This document shows, one piece after another, positions 37,366 through 49,481 of a stretch of DNA of 64,000 nt; the first letter of the stretch is position 1; the number at the start of each line of letters is the position of its first letter. Below the pieces are notes generated by a model. That model searched no databases, was not told the origin of the DNA, and was given only the letters and a program-made list of their open reading frames with translations. The DNA comes from Asterias rubens (taxonomy: Eukaryota), in the NCBI RefSeq assembly GCF_902459465.1, contig NC_047069.1, positions 8,494,001 to 8,558,000 on the forward strand, in the 5' to 3' direction. Both the position numbers and the translations under genes were made by a program.

Positions 37366-40300
37366 ATGGATAATAATTGGAGAAGAGCACACAAGAGACT
37401 GATGGCATTCAGAGGAAGAGTTGGAACTTCCAAACTGCCAAAGACTGAAATAGAAGAACCATCACCCTCTGGTATATTATTTGAAACCATGCTCACATTA
37501 TCCGTCTGCTTGATAACTAAATACTTCATTCTATGATGTATTGGTCGTATAGCTGTCCTTGGTATAAAAGAATTGCAAACAAATCTTGGGTTCATACGAA
37601 GGTGAACCTGTTCAATACTTTTTGTTGTTAATTGGTAATAGGTGACCCTGGTGGGAATTGAATTTGGCTATTATGAAACTTCTGACAGGCTCAAATATTG
37701 GCAAACACCATTGTATAATATGCAACTTAAACTGCTGTACTTTCTCCCAATAAATGTTTCTCCCGCAAAATTAGTTAAACGAAGTTGTGAATACTTTATC
37801 ATTTACATCTAAGCAGATAACATTTGTTGATTAAATATTTGTACTTTAGATGGCCAGCTGAAAGTGGAGAAAGTCGACCTACTATTAGCCAAGAATCGAC
37901 AGTCTCATCGTACCGAGAATTATGAAAATACGGGTTTGGTTCTCAGACGTGGACAGAGTTTTGACATAGAGATTACTCTGGCTCAGGTGTATGATGAAGC
38001 AGCCAAACATCAGATAACGCTCGAGCTCTGGTGGGGTAAGTTAAACAATATATAGAGAAAGTAAGCCGAGCTACACGTTGAGACAATTTAAATGTGTTTT
38101 ATACATTTTGCTGATGTGCCAAATTGTATTTTTGTTGCATTTCTTGGTTTCGGAGCCTTAATCTTATTAAAAAAACGTGTGATTCAGTGGTTCGCTGAAC
38201 TAAATCTTTCGGATAAGTTCATACCAAATTATTTAACGAGCCAGTAAAAAAAACCGGAAATTATCTTTCTTATATTTTTTTTTATTATATTTTGTTATTC
38301 ACGATTTAAATCCACAGGAACCGAAGCCTTGGATTCTCATAACGCACACGTTGTAATTCCCATCCGTTCGAGCAGTGTAGCTATTGATAACCTCGGTACC
38401 TGGGCTGCTAAGTTTGTCAACATGAAAGAGAATAAGGTCACTGTCCAGATCTTGAGTCCAGCTGACGGCCTGGTTGGACGATACCAGATTGATGTCACTA
38501 CGAAGGTTGATGGCAAAAATGATTACCGTTTTATCATGGAAGGTCACGTGTACTTGCTGTTCAACCCATGGTGTGAAGGTAAAGCCAACTGACTTCCTGT
38601 TTTCAGTACGGACGTTCAAAGTTCAACAATTGTATAGACTATAATGGTTCTGCAAATAGTTTGGATTGTGTTATTCAATGCAACAAATAATCAAATTTAT
38701 GTAGAAAGGAAATGCCAAGAAGCCTACAATTTCCTTGCGCAGGTCTGATTCTATTTATTTCGAATCTATAACAAAACAATTTTCTCATTGATGTAAACCT
38801 AAAATTTAATGTTGACAAAACCTTAAAGGCTACCACTTTATAATCGGGGCAGTCTGTAAAATACAATAATAGAGAAAATAGCAATTACTTTAATAACAAA
38901 CTTAAAACGAACAGATAAGATGAATAATAAGTTTTACTTGACCGTCAATAATTTATCACAACCTCGGATGTGGATAAATGAATTTCAACTTACAGTCTAC
39001 TCATTCGAACTTGGCCATGAACAACCTTGATTTCATTACCGATTGCCAAGTTTTGCCTCATTGACAGTCCACGATAGGATATATATACCTCAGCTGGCAT
39101 TGCTATTGAAACCAGGTAATAATTGCATTCCCCATGCACTCAACTTTCTCAGATTAAGTTGACTTACGGTTGCAAGTTCAAACCAAATCTATAGCTAGTA
39201 GATGTATGAGAGGCAAGTATCTGATGGAACCACTAAGGCAATACAGCAGTCGTATGAATAAACGAAATAGTATTAATGTTGAAGGAAAAATGTTTAAGAT
39301 TTGTTTTAAAGGGTTTTTAGTGGTCGGGTAAGTCTTGATTTAGAAATGTCAAATTATTTAAGACCCAGTGGAGTCCAATAGCAGATGTATTCAATCTTCA
39401 CAAAACGGCAAAGTTTTAGGTGTTTTAAATTATAGGTTTTTTCTATACTCGGACTTTATTTCTGTTACTTATTTATTAACAGCTGACGATGTGTTTATGC
39501 ACAATGAAATCCAAAGGAAAGAATACGTGTTGAATGATATGGGAATGTACTTCTACGGCGCTGGCAACCAAGTTGGACACGCCCCTTGGTACTTCGGACA
39601 GGTACAAACGTTATAAATGATTGCATTATTACCTTTTAAAACAAAATACTTGTATTTATCTCTGAAGCTTTGAAAAATGAATGACAATAACGTTGTTCTT
39701 GTGTTTGGTGTTATGCACCTCTTTGCAAAGCAAGTGTGGAACTATTAGATGATCAACAAATGTAAGTTAAATACACCCCCCCCCCGAAAAAAAATAAATA
39801 AATAATAATCACCTAACGATTATACTGCTGTATTTTTCACCTTCCAGTTTGAGGTAGGAATTTTGGAGTGTGTGGTTACTTTAATGGAAGCTGCCAACAA
39901 GAGACCTTCTGCCTACTCCAGCCCAATCGAGATATCTCGACTTCTCTCTGCTTTGGTATGTAATTTAATTGGCTACATTGGCATTAAACTTGTAACATTT
40001 CGGATAGTGGTGGGCAACATAATCGTACTGGTAGTGGATAGAGCAAAGGGAGTTGACCTAAGGAGAAACCTAAACGTATATCATTTGCTTCTTAACTTAT
40101 GAGCCAGGTCTAGGAGGGCACATCTTTTTGATGACAGTTTTTGGCCTTTTGCCCTTCCCTGGCCTGTGCTTGTTTTATTGTTTTGCTTTTTTTTTGTCCG
40201 AAGAATTAAAATAAATAAATAAATATCTCGTATCAGGGCTCAATTTCATCTATCTGTATAAATGAACAAATTCTGCTCGACAAATTGCTTTGCCAAGCAA

Positions 40301-43300
40301 ACATTTTATGGGGCACCAGTTACAACAACGTATACTTAATGTTATTTGTGGCTCAATGGTTACCTGTTTGTGCTAAGCAAAGGGCTTAGCAAGTGTTCAT
40401 GATTACAGGCTTTTATTAAATTGGGCCCAGTTGGTTCCAATACTAGCAGCATATTGAACTCAAAATGAATATACATGTATCTCCATACAATCGAGTTGAG
40501 CAATGTCTGGGTCAGTTTATTAACCATACATTCAATTGATATGTTAACGATAATGCGGAATGCACATGAACCAGCGTGGGTTACAACTTCTCTACATGAT
40601 AGATATCCTTGGTGGTCATAGATCCGATATATCAATATTCATGCCCAGCGGTGTTCTTAATGTTTCCTAACTGGTCGACCACATAGGCAATTAAAATGCT
40701 GACACGCCTACGTCACTCAGATGTGTGACTTTAAGCAACCTTCGCTGGTAGTCTATAATGGTGCCCTCGGAAAACTTTGAAAAATGATTAAATAGCTTTA
40801 AAGTCTGAGAATTAGAGTCTGCGCCTTGAACACCCAGCAGGGTGGATATGTGCGCATTACAAGTCTTATTATTATTATTATTATTATTATTTTTATTAGA
40901 CCATGTGTATGTATGTCAGCTCTTTTTCTTGATAAATCATGCCTACTTTTTCCAAACGACCAAAAAACATGGCTGCATTACACGTATAAACATTGAACAA
41001 TTCAATGTACATGGTATTTACTCAATTTACTCAATTTACTCAATTATCAATATCACAGGTAAATGCACCGGATGACAATGGAATTCTTGTTGGTAACTGG
41101 AGCGGTAACTACGAGGGTGGAACGGAGCCTACTGCCTGGTCCGGAAGTGCATCCATCTTTGAGGAGTTCATACGAACAGGACAACCGGTGTGTTATGGCC
41201 AATGTTGGGTCTTTGGAGGCCTGCTCTCCACAGGTAATAACAGTACAATACTTATCGTAATGTAAAAGGTTGGGTTATTGAAATGGGAGGACGTTTAAAA
41301 CTGAGCAGTTGTTATTAAAACCCTCTAATGGACTACCGGTACGGGAGCCAACAGACCGATAACACATTTTAGGTAATTAAAGTTCTATGCCCAATTGACG
41401 TGTTCTTATATGACCGTTTAGACAGAATGCCTTTCATGCAGGCTCGTGTACACAAAAATATTGCTGTTCCACAGTGCAAAAACATATGAACTACAGAAAA
41501 CATTTTGCCAAACTATACAACGTCTGGTAATGTTAATAAGTGTTAGCTTTAAACAAAGTATGAGATCACTAAGCATTGCAATGTCAGAGATACTCGTTTT
41601 CCCAGCGTACTGCAGTAACCAATGACAATTATGCACTAGTCAGGGGTGGACCGTCGCATTGTTAGGTGGTAATAGGATTTGAAACTTTGCATGGTGGAAA
41701 TAAGATAATAGAAGAGTTTGCGGTATGGTGTTTACCGCAAACTCTTCTATATACTAGGTGGAAATAATCAATGGAATGATTTACCAATGAATTGGTGTTA
41801 CTTAATTCTTAAAAATTGTCATCCTTTTTATCGAACAGCTCTGCGCACAATTGGCATCCCAGGTCGCACCATCACTAATTTCAATTCAGCACATGATGCA
41901 GATGCCAACTGCCTTTTAGATTACCACTTTGATGCTGATGGAAACCCACTGGACAATGATGATAGTGTGTGGTAGGTGTTTAGCATTGAGGATGACTTCT
42001 GAAACAAAGTACTTAAAAGGAAGAAATAACAAACGAAAGAAAACCAAATTCATTTGTCCATAATATGCTTGAACGCTTCTTACAAACGGTGTATTTGATG
42101 TATTTTTGTGTTTAAAATAGTGTATAAAGTAGACATGAAAATATAGGAATATATAACTTTCACGGTTTTTTACGACTGGAACATAGTATTCAAATGTGCC
42201 TTTGCTGTATTTGTCCTCTGAACATTGTTTAGGAACTTTCATGTGTGGAATGATGCTTGGATGGCTCGTCCTGACCTGCCTAAGGGGTATGGGGGATGGC
42301 AAGCAGTTGATTCTACCCCGCAAGAATTAAGTGACTGTAAGTTGGTAGTATGTCTGTCAGTTAAAAACAATCTAGTCACAATGCTGGTTTTATTTAAGCA
42401 ATATTGGAACGTATGTATTATTTTAACACAAAACTACTCATTGTTATAGAAGATTTCAATATATGGCAAAATTTCAGAAACGTAACACAATTATATCAAG
42501 CTGATGACTCGATTTGTGAAATTTCAATCAACTTACTGTAGATGTGTTCCGGACTGGTCCTTCTTCCCTAACGGCCATCAAGAACGGTCACGTGTATCTC
42601 AACTATGACACCAAGTTTGTCTTTGCAGAGGTGAATGCTTGCAAAGTGTCTTGGAAGCTGAGTGCAGATCTTGCAGAGGTGATTTTATATCAATCCATTT
42701 GTTATTGATACCGCAGCTAAAAACTTTAAAGCAAATCAATTGTGCTTTCACTATATACCATTACAGATATAGATCAAACTAAAAGACGCTGAATTTCAGA
42801 AATATAATTGGTTTTGTTTGTATAAAAACTTCCCTTTCATTGCTATTTTCGAAGTTAAATGAATTTACAACTTTGTTTGTGTTTCTTTATTAGGCACCGA
42901 AGTTAATTCAAATTGACACAAAAGCTGTTGGAACTCGTGTTGTGACTAAAGCTGTAGGAAAGTCCGAAATGGAAGATATCACAAATCAGTACAAGCAGAA
43001 AGAAGGTGTGTATTACATGTATAGACTTGTTCTCTTGCTTTTCTAACACAAACATGGACAAACGGGCACTGTGAAGGAAAATTATGTTGTCCGCTCGTTG
43101 GTATAGTAATTATACAAATCTGTACCGAAACTGTTCAGACAATGAACCGATCATAAGATTGTCTCTTTAATATACTAGGTAGCGTGTACGAGTATCTTAG
43201 CCTATTCGCTGCCGATAAGTACGTGGATGGTCTGAAAAAGCTGCTGCCAGACGTGGTCAACGATACAGCCATAGAACTCGTCCTACCTCCAAAGACCCTG

Positions 43301-44780
43301 ATTGGTGATGACATGATAGTCAAAGCAAAGCTCAGCAAAACATGCCCTGTTGGGACAACACGCAATGCACATGTGTCTGTCACTTGTAATTCTGTGTACT
43401 ACACAGGAGTGAAAGCAAAGACCATCTTCCAAACAACGGATACCGTTGAGATCAAAGCAAAAGAGGAAGGTTTGTGTTTAAGTTTTGATGTTCAATTATT
43501 TTAAAATCAAAATCAACAATAGATGGTGTTGTACTTCAAATGTATCAAATAATAATTCACAAGGGAAACTGACTGGGTAAATTTAAAATGATTTGGGCCT
43601 CACAAAGCAATTTTTATTTTAGCTTGATCGGGAGTTGAACCGACAACCTCTGGGTTAATGTGTCGGCGCTCCACCAACTGAGCTATATACTCATTCCCTA
43701 GGCATTTTGTCGTTGTTAATTCCCTAATCATTATACTTCAAATGTGTTAAAATTGTACCACTTTTTCAGTTTTGGAATGGCAAATCAAGGCAGCAGACTA
43801 CCTTCCACTCCTAGTTGATCAAGCCAATATGAGATTTTACGTTAGCATGTATGAATCAGAAACCAACAACACTGTGACAGAAGGAATCAACTACCGCCTG
43901 ATCAAGCCTGATCTGGTAGTCCAGGTACTTTCATTTCACTGCCATTCGTCCCTTTCACTTTAAGTTTCATATAATGCCATAATTATTTTCATGACCGTAA
44001 TCATTTTTAGAAGTGTGCCTTTTTCATCACAATTTAAGTAGAGCTGAGTACCTCTTTCGCATAAACTTAAGATGTGTATCACAATCATGATTGTACCACA
44101 CGTTTCTTTAACATTTCTCAGTAAAACGTTATTTTAAAATCTCATTGTGACTTTTGGTTCATGACAGGTGCCAACATCTGCTCCGGTTGGGCAGTTTTTC
44201 AGCGCAACGGTGACATTCACCAACCCGCTTGACATAATGCTTCAGGATTGTTTCTTCCATACTGAGGGTCCAGCTGTGCTGATTCACAAGAAAGAAACAT
44301 TCAGGTAAGGCCTTACCACTAACTTACACTAAAAAATGAAGCATAAAAACCTTCATACAGATAGTCAAAGGTTTAAACAGCTACCTGAGCGGAATGTTTT
44401 CAACAGAAATGGTATTTTTACTTGTTTATAATGCACTTGTTCACCATTTTAATGTAATTTTGATATGTGTACACTTCTGAACTTTTCATATTTTCAGATT
44501 ATTTACAGACCTCCAATAATAGTATCAAAAGTTATATTTAATAATAATATTTAATTATTAATTGAAATAATTGGGTTATTTAAGCTGTTTTATTGCAATT
44601 TCTGTAACTGCATGTCGTTGTTATTATTTTTTTCTCAGAAACATCAAGCCCAAAGAAACAGTGATATACACTGTGCGAGTTATCGCTAAGAAGCCACCAG
44701 GAAAGAAGGACATCATTGTGTCCTTCTCCTCTGTGGATTTGATCGGCGTGTCGGGCAAGGCAACTGTCAATCTGGTATAA
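37366..44780 (+). CDS. Protein-glutamine gamma-glutamyltransferase (transglutaminase), 14 coding exons, 721 aa
   Basis: Exons 37366-37471, 37850-38035, 38318-38578, 39483-39601, 39848-39955, 41059-41233, 41839-41971, 42233-42336, 42542-42678, 42894-43005, 43179-43469, 43770-43924, 44168-44304 and 44639-44780 are all GT-AG and phase-consistent (2166 nt). Motifs: LRRGQ, LLFNPW, GQCWVF (Cys), NFHVWND (His), [10 protein letters not shown] (Asp), FTNPL. Exon 1 is less certain than the rest. Confidence 0.95.
40234..40430. mobile_element. MITE with CTGGGCCCAATTT-type termini in a transglutaminase intron
   Basis: CAGGGCTCAATTTCAT ... TTATTAAATTGGGCCCAG. A degenerate relative lies near 36674-36845. 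Confidence 0.55.
40865..40890. repeat. (ATT)n microsatellite
   Basis: TTATTATTATTATTATTATTATTATT. Confidence 0.85.
43621..43690 (-). mobile_element. tRNA-derived SINE head or tRNA pseudogene
   Basis: Minus strand TAGCTCAGTTGGTGG (A box) ... GGTTCAACTCCC (B box). The acceptor stem does not pair, so it is not called a tRNA. Confidence 0.6.
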
Positions 44781-46212
44781 AAACAATGAGCTAAGAAAGT
44801 TGATTAAAAACCCTCAGAACCGACGTTATTAAATTATCATGAAAGAATGACCCAAACTAACTGTAACAAGCGCCCTCAACGGTAACCGCGGTAATAAAAT
44901 ATAATCAGTTGAAGCAATAGTGGATGAGTGGCATGATACAAAACTTTTTGTTTATGTTGTTTTTTGTAAGTTTACTGAGCACGGATGAAGTTCATGCTAA
45001 ACCCATTCTTTTAGTGAAATGTTTCACTCAAAAAAAACATTTCTTTTGAATAACTGTCCTAAAACCTTAATTTTGGTTATTATAAACCTAAGGGTAACGT
45101 GTTTAAGTGCTGAAATTAACACATGTTTTTTTTGTTTTTTTTATCAGAGACTTGTTGATTAATTTGTATGATTGATCACACAAAACGTTACTGTCTGCGA
45201 TACTTATCCATTATTTATCCAAAGCAGAATAGCAGCATTTTGTGTCACTATGTACTTTGTGTTAACTTTATAAATATAAGTCTAGAACTGCCCCCTCCCC
45301 CTCCCTAAACAAAAACACACCCAGATATGGACAGACAAGTTTTAAACGAAAATTTCAGTACTTTAATTATTTGGTAAAAGAATATTTTCACACACACAAA
45401 TATTAAATTTTGTTTTTAATTTACTAAACATTTGTGCTGTGATTATGAGGTAATATTGCTTTGTCTAGCCTTATAATAGTTGTGTAAAATTCAGTATTTC
45501 TTGATTGCGAATTTGACTCTAGAAGGCATTGCGATATTGAGGAAAGAATAAGCGTTAAGTTCCTATATCAAGCATGCTGGTTTTTAAGGGTCGTCCGAGG
45601 TTTCTTTGTTTTATTGAACAAAACATGTTTTTCAAGTGCACTTGAATTTGTTAAGTTTAGTTGATATTTATTACAATTCTTTAAAACACGGCAACGGTGG
45701 AAGAAGGGTTCATTGACAAAAAGCTTATGGGTATCTGTGGGTAAACCTTCTCATTAAAAAGCTCTAAGTAACTCTTATGACGAGAGTACCTTCATAGGCC
45801 ATACAAGAACATTATTTTTGAGTTGAGTATAATTTTGTATGATATTATGATAAAACTATATGTGTCTACCCCATAATGCCGAATAAGATGATTGGTTGTT
45901 CAATACACTACAGTACGCTTGTATGTGTGTGTATGTATTTATTGCAAAGTAACCGGTAAACACTCTATAAGGAATTCCATGCAAAGCCTTCAAGGAATGT
46001 GCCCTCTGACGATGGTATGGTGTGCGGATAATGTAACGCAAATTATAAGCTGAGGCTGCATTCATATGACGGTTGCAATATCGATGAACACGAGCCGCTA
46101 CTGTGAATGCTATTTTGATTTAGGTCACGCATGCAGCGTTCCATACAAAAGATGCCGTATACTTTTTACGTTCGTGATAGTTCAAGTATCGTGTTGAACA
46201 ATCGTCAGAAAA

Positions 46213-47610
46213 ATGGAACTTTGTTCAACTACTGCTGACGAACTGGTGGAGCTGATAAATACTGACGGTAGCTCACTTCAGTTGGATAAAATTCTTGAAT
46301 CTTGTACAAATCCTAGTGAGCAGATTGGCCCTTTGCTGCTAACTGCATTGCACCACGCTGTACATAAGCGTCGCCAAGACTATGTCGAATGTTTCGTTAA
46401 ACATCACGTCGATGTTAATGTGCAAGATTACTGTGGTTATACACCAATTCATCTGGCAGCTAAACATGACCAAGTAGAAATTCTACAACAATTGCTGCGA
46501 CCAGAATGCAAGGCAGACACCCAAAAGCAAGATGCTGTTGGATATACACCGCTTTCTCATGCTTTACAGGAAGGCAACCACACATGTGCAGAAGTGTTAC
46601 TTCAAAATGGCGCCGATCCTAACTTCTACCACAAACATATAGGCAGTGAACTTCATAGGGTTCCATCTGAGTTTCCGAAATGTGTGGAGGTTTTGTTGAA
46701 ATACGGTGCCGATCCTGAGGTAACAACACCGAAAGGGTTTACAGTATTGCATTCTGCTGTGGAGGAGGGGAATCTCAACTTTGTTCAGATTCTGCTGGAA
46801 TTAGGTTGTGATATCAATGCATGGACCAGTCCACGAACAGGTAGGAATAGACGCAATGCTCTGCAGCTAGCCATTATTGGAAACGAAATTGACGTTGCAA
46901 AATGTCTGCTTTCAAACTCGGCCGATGCTAACTGCCGTGACCAACAGGGGAACACCCCACTTCATCACTCGGCTGCTCACGGTAGCGTGGACATCATCCA
47001 GCTCTTGTTAGATTATGGCGGCAACATCCATGCAAAGAATGATCGGCTATTTGAACCCTTCCATCGTGCTTGCTCTGCCGGCAGAGACCCAGCCATCCTT
47101 ACTTTTCTGATAAAGCATGGTGCAGACATGGATGCCCTCAACATCACTAATGACACGCCTCTTCACTGCCTCTTCTTACACTACCAGTATGTGCAGTGGA
47201 CGACAGATGAGGCAGCTGACTGTGAACGATACGATCGGGAGTGTCGGCAGGGAATACTCGTGTTCGTCAACAATGGAGGGCGCTTTACCATTACAACCGA
47301 GAAGGAAGACTTTCGTAGTGTACTGAAGACTCTCCCTCTTCTGATTGGGTTACCAAAAACGGCAAGTGTCATTCAAGAAAGTGCCGATCAGATCAACATA
47401 TCTGACGTAAAAGACCCAGTGTTCATTACAGTTGAGGAGCCGCTTCGTTCGCAACTATTGTACGCCTCCAATAACCCACGCTCTCTGAGACAGATAACGC
47501 GTAAGGTGATTCGAGGATTGATTGATACCAAACATTGTGAGGAAGCTGTTCGAAAGATACACATCCCTGCTTTAATGCAAAACTATCTGCTTTTCTTATG
47601 GGAAGATTGA
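46213..47610 (+). CDS. Ankyrin repeat and SOCS box protein (ASB-like), intronless CDS, 465 aa
   Basis: About 8-9 ankyrin repeats (GYTPIHLAA, GYTPLSHAL...LLQNGADPN, GNTPLHHSA...LLDYGGNI). C-terminal SOCS box PRSLRQITRKVIR...IHIPALMQNYLLF. Confidence 0.93.
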   Translation: MELCSTTADELVELINTDGSSLQLDKILESCTNPSEQIGPLLLTALHHAVHKRRQDYVECFVKHHVDVNVQDYCGYTPIHLAAKHDQVEILQQLLRPECKADTQKQDAVGYTPLSHALQEGNHTCAEVLLQNGADPNFYHKHIGSELHRVPSEFPKCVEVLLKYGADPEVTTPKGFTVLHSAVEEGNLNFVQILLELGCDINAWTSPRTGRNRRNALQLAIIGNEIDVAKCLLSNSADANCRDQQGNTPLHHSAAHGSVDIIQLLLDYGGNIHAKNDRLFEPFHRACSAGRDPAILTFLIKHGADMDALNITNDTPLHCLFLHYQYVQWTTDEAADCERYDRECRQGILVFVNNGGRFTITTEKEDFRSVLKTLPLLIGLPKTASVIQESADQINISDVKDPVFITVEEPLRSQLLYASNNPRSLRQITRKVIRGLIDTKHCEEAVRKIHIPALMQNYLLFLWED

Positions 47611-47929
47611 ACTAAATATGGACTGTAGTTTGATATAAGAATGTCCAGCTAATAATTAGTTTTCGGATATAACTGTTTGATCTAATTTATAATATTAATC
47701 CAGTGTTTTTATCGCTCATTTTAAAACCGTGACAGTCAAAGAAAAACATAATTTTTGCAACGAATGAACACAAATTACAAAAATACAGGACTTCGGACAA
47801 TATTGTATCTACTATTTAAAACGAATGCATGGAAATTTAAAAGTTTGCATGAACTTATTCCATAATGAAACTCTTTGTGTGATAATTATAAAGAAAAAGA
47901 CTTTCGATCGTCCATTTTGGCTAACAATT

Positions 47930-48400
47930 TTAAAGGAACATTACAGGATTGGTTTTCGCTGACAAAAACGTTGTTGGCAGTGAAAGTACTTTATGCCATC
48001 CACCCTATGCATACAACTGACAAACCTGTAGAAGTTTTAAATCGATCGGCTATCTGGTTCACAAGAAAAGAGTGAAAAAACGATTACACATTTTGCATGA
48101 CATCGATTTTAAAAAAGAATAAAACGCTCACTGAGCGATAAACTCCAAACTGGAATTAACTTAGCTGTTTCGACTTGGAACAGGTATTGTTTTCGTCGAG
48201 ATTTGCATAATTAAATATTACTATTTTATTAAACCTACACTCGATAGAATACCGTATTTGAGAATCATTTATATTCATATTTGAATCTGAGAAACGTTAC
48301 TGTTAGTTACGCTTCTCAGATTGTGTATCCCAATTCCTGTTTTAGTCTTCCTGCATGGACATAACTGCGGATTTTCGGCGATATTAATTTAAAAACAATA
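47930..48400. mobile_element. Partial TTAA-type element of another family; right end not identified
   Basis: Starts TTAA|AGGAACATTACAGGATTGG. Contains GAATCTGAGAA..TAACGCTTCT-like and GGATTTTCGGCGATAT motifs, also seen near 1501-1550 and 9107-9225. Confidence 0.4.
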
Positions 48401-49091
48401 CCAACTTTTATTAACAGTTGAGTGTTAAATTTTTTGTATTTTAATTTTTGTTCACTTCCTATCAAATTATGAAACTTTCAGACAGAAACATTTCAATGAT
48501 GTTTTGTGCTGTCATCATCAGACCGTTTCAGTTTAATTAGAACCTGTGATCTTCAGGATTTTTGTTCTGATCTTATTTGTTATGTACTGATGTTAAACAT
48601 TGAGCAATAGTTTATGCAAGGAAATCAATTTGAACTATACCAACATTGTGATATAGATCGAAAATGCATCTAGGCAATATTTCACTCTTTTCGCAAAAAT
48701 GAAAATCCATCAATAAAATTGGGGTCACGCCTGGCGGACACTTTCCATCTAGATGGACGTAAAAAGCTCAAATTTCCCCCGTAATGTAATCATGGGGTTT
48801 TAGAAACACAATTCAGTGCTTTGAGCCTTGTGACACGAAGACGGCACTCGATCTTCTCAGCTCGAAAACTGCGTCTGATGTTTCTTGTTTGCTAATCCTT
48901 CACAGTTGTCTGTATAAAAAAAAGTGTTTTTCCCTAGTTCCGAAAGTCTGAAAAAATCGAATTACTTCTGAATGCCTGCTATCCAGTTTCTAAGCCTCCG
49001 TACAAATGTGTGCCCTGAGTAATTCTAAATCAATTCTCCAAATGCGTGCCTTTCTGCAGTTTTTCATCAAGGCACCGACTCTTCACATCCT

Positions 49092-49481
49092 TTAAAGGAA
49101 CACGTTGCCTTGGATCGGTCGAGTTGGTCTTTGAAAAGCGTCTGTAACCGTTTGTTGTAAAATGCACATGGTTAGAAAGATGTTTAAAAAGTAGAATACA
49201 ATGATCCACACATATTTGCTTCGAAACTGCGTGGTTTTCCTTTTACTTTGCTAACTAACACGGCCGGCCATTTATGGAAGTCAAAAATTTGACTCCCATA
49301 AATGGCCGACCGTGTTTGTCGACGAGGTAAGGGGAAAACCACGCAATTTCGAATGATACTTGTGTGGATCATTATATTCTACTTTTAAAACATCTTTCTA
49401 ACCATATGCATTTTATAACAAACGGTTACATACGCTTTTCAAAGACCAACTCGACCGATCCAAGGCAACGTGTTCCTTTAA
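49092..49481. mobile_element. 390-bp fully palindromic TTAA-flanked MITE (family B)
   Basis: TTAA|AGGAACACGTTGCCTTGGATCGGTCGAGTTGGTCTTTGAAAAGCG ... CGCTTTTCAAAGACCAACTCGACCGATCCAAGGCAACGTGTTCCT|TTAA. Complementarity continues to the centre (GGAAGTCAAAAATTTGACTCCC). Confidence 0.92.

Noticed and set aside
41017-41044. (TTTACTCAA)x3 just upstream of the active-site exon acceptor
   Set aside because: Most simply replication slippage. It could duplicate a branch-point-like motif, but nothing here supports function.
43621-43690. tRNA gene
   Set aside because: A and B boxes are present but the acceptor stem does not pair, so it was called a SINE head or pseudo-tRNA.
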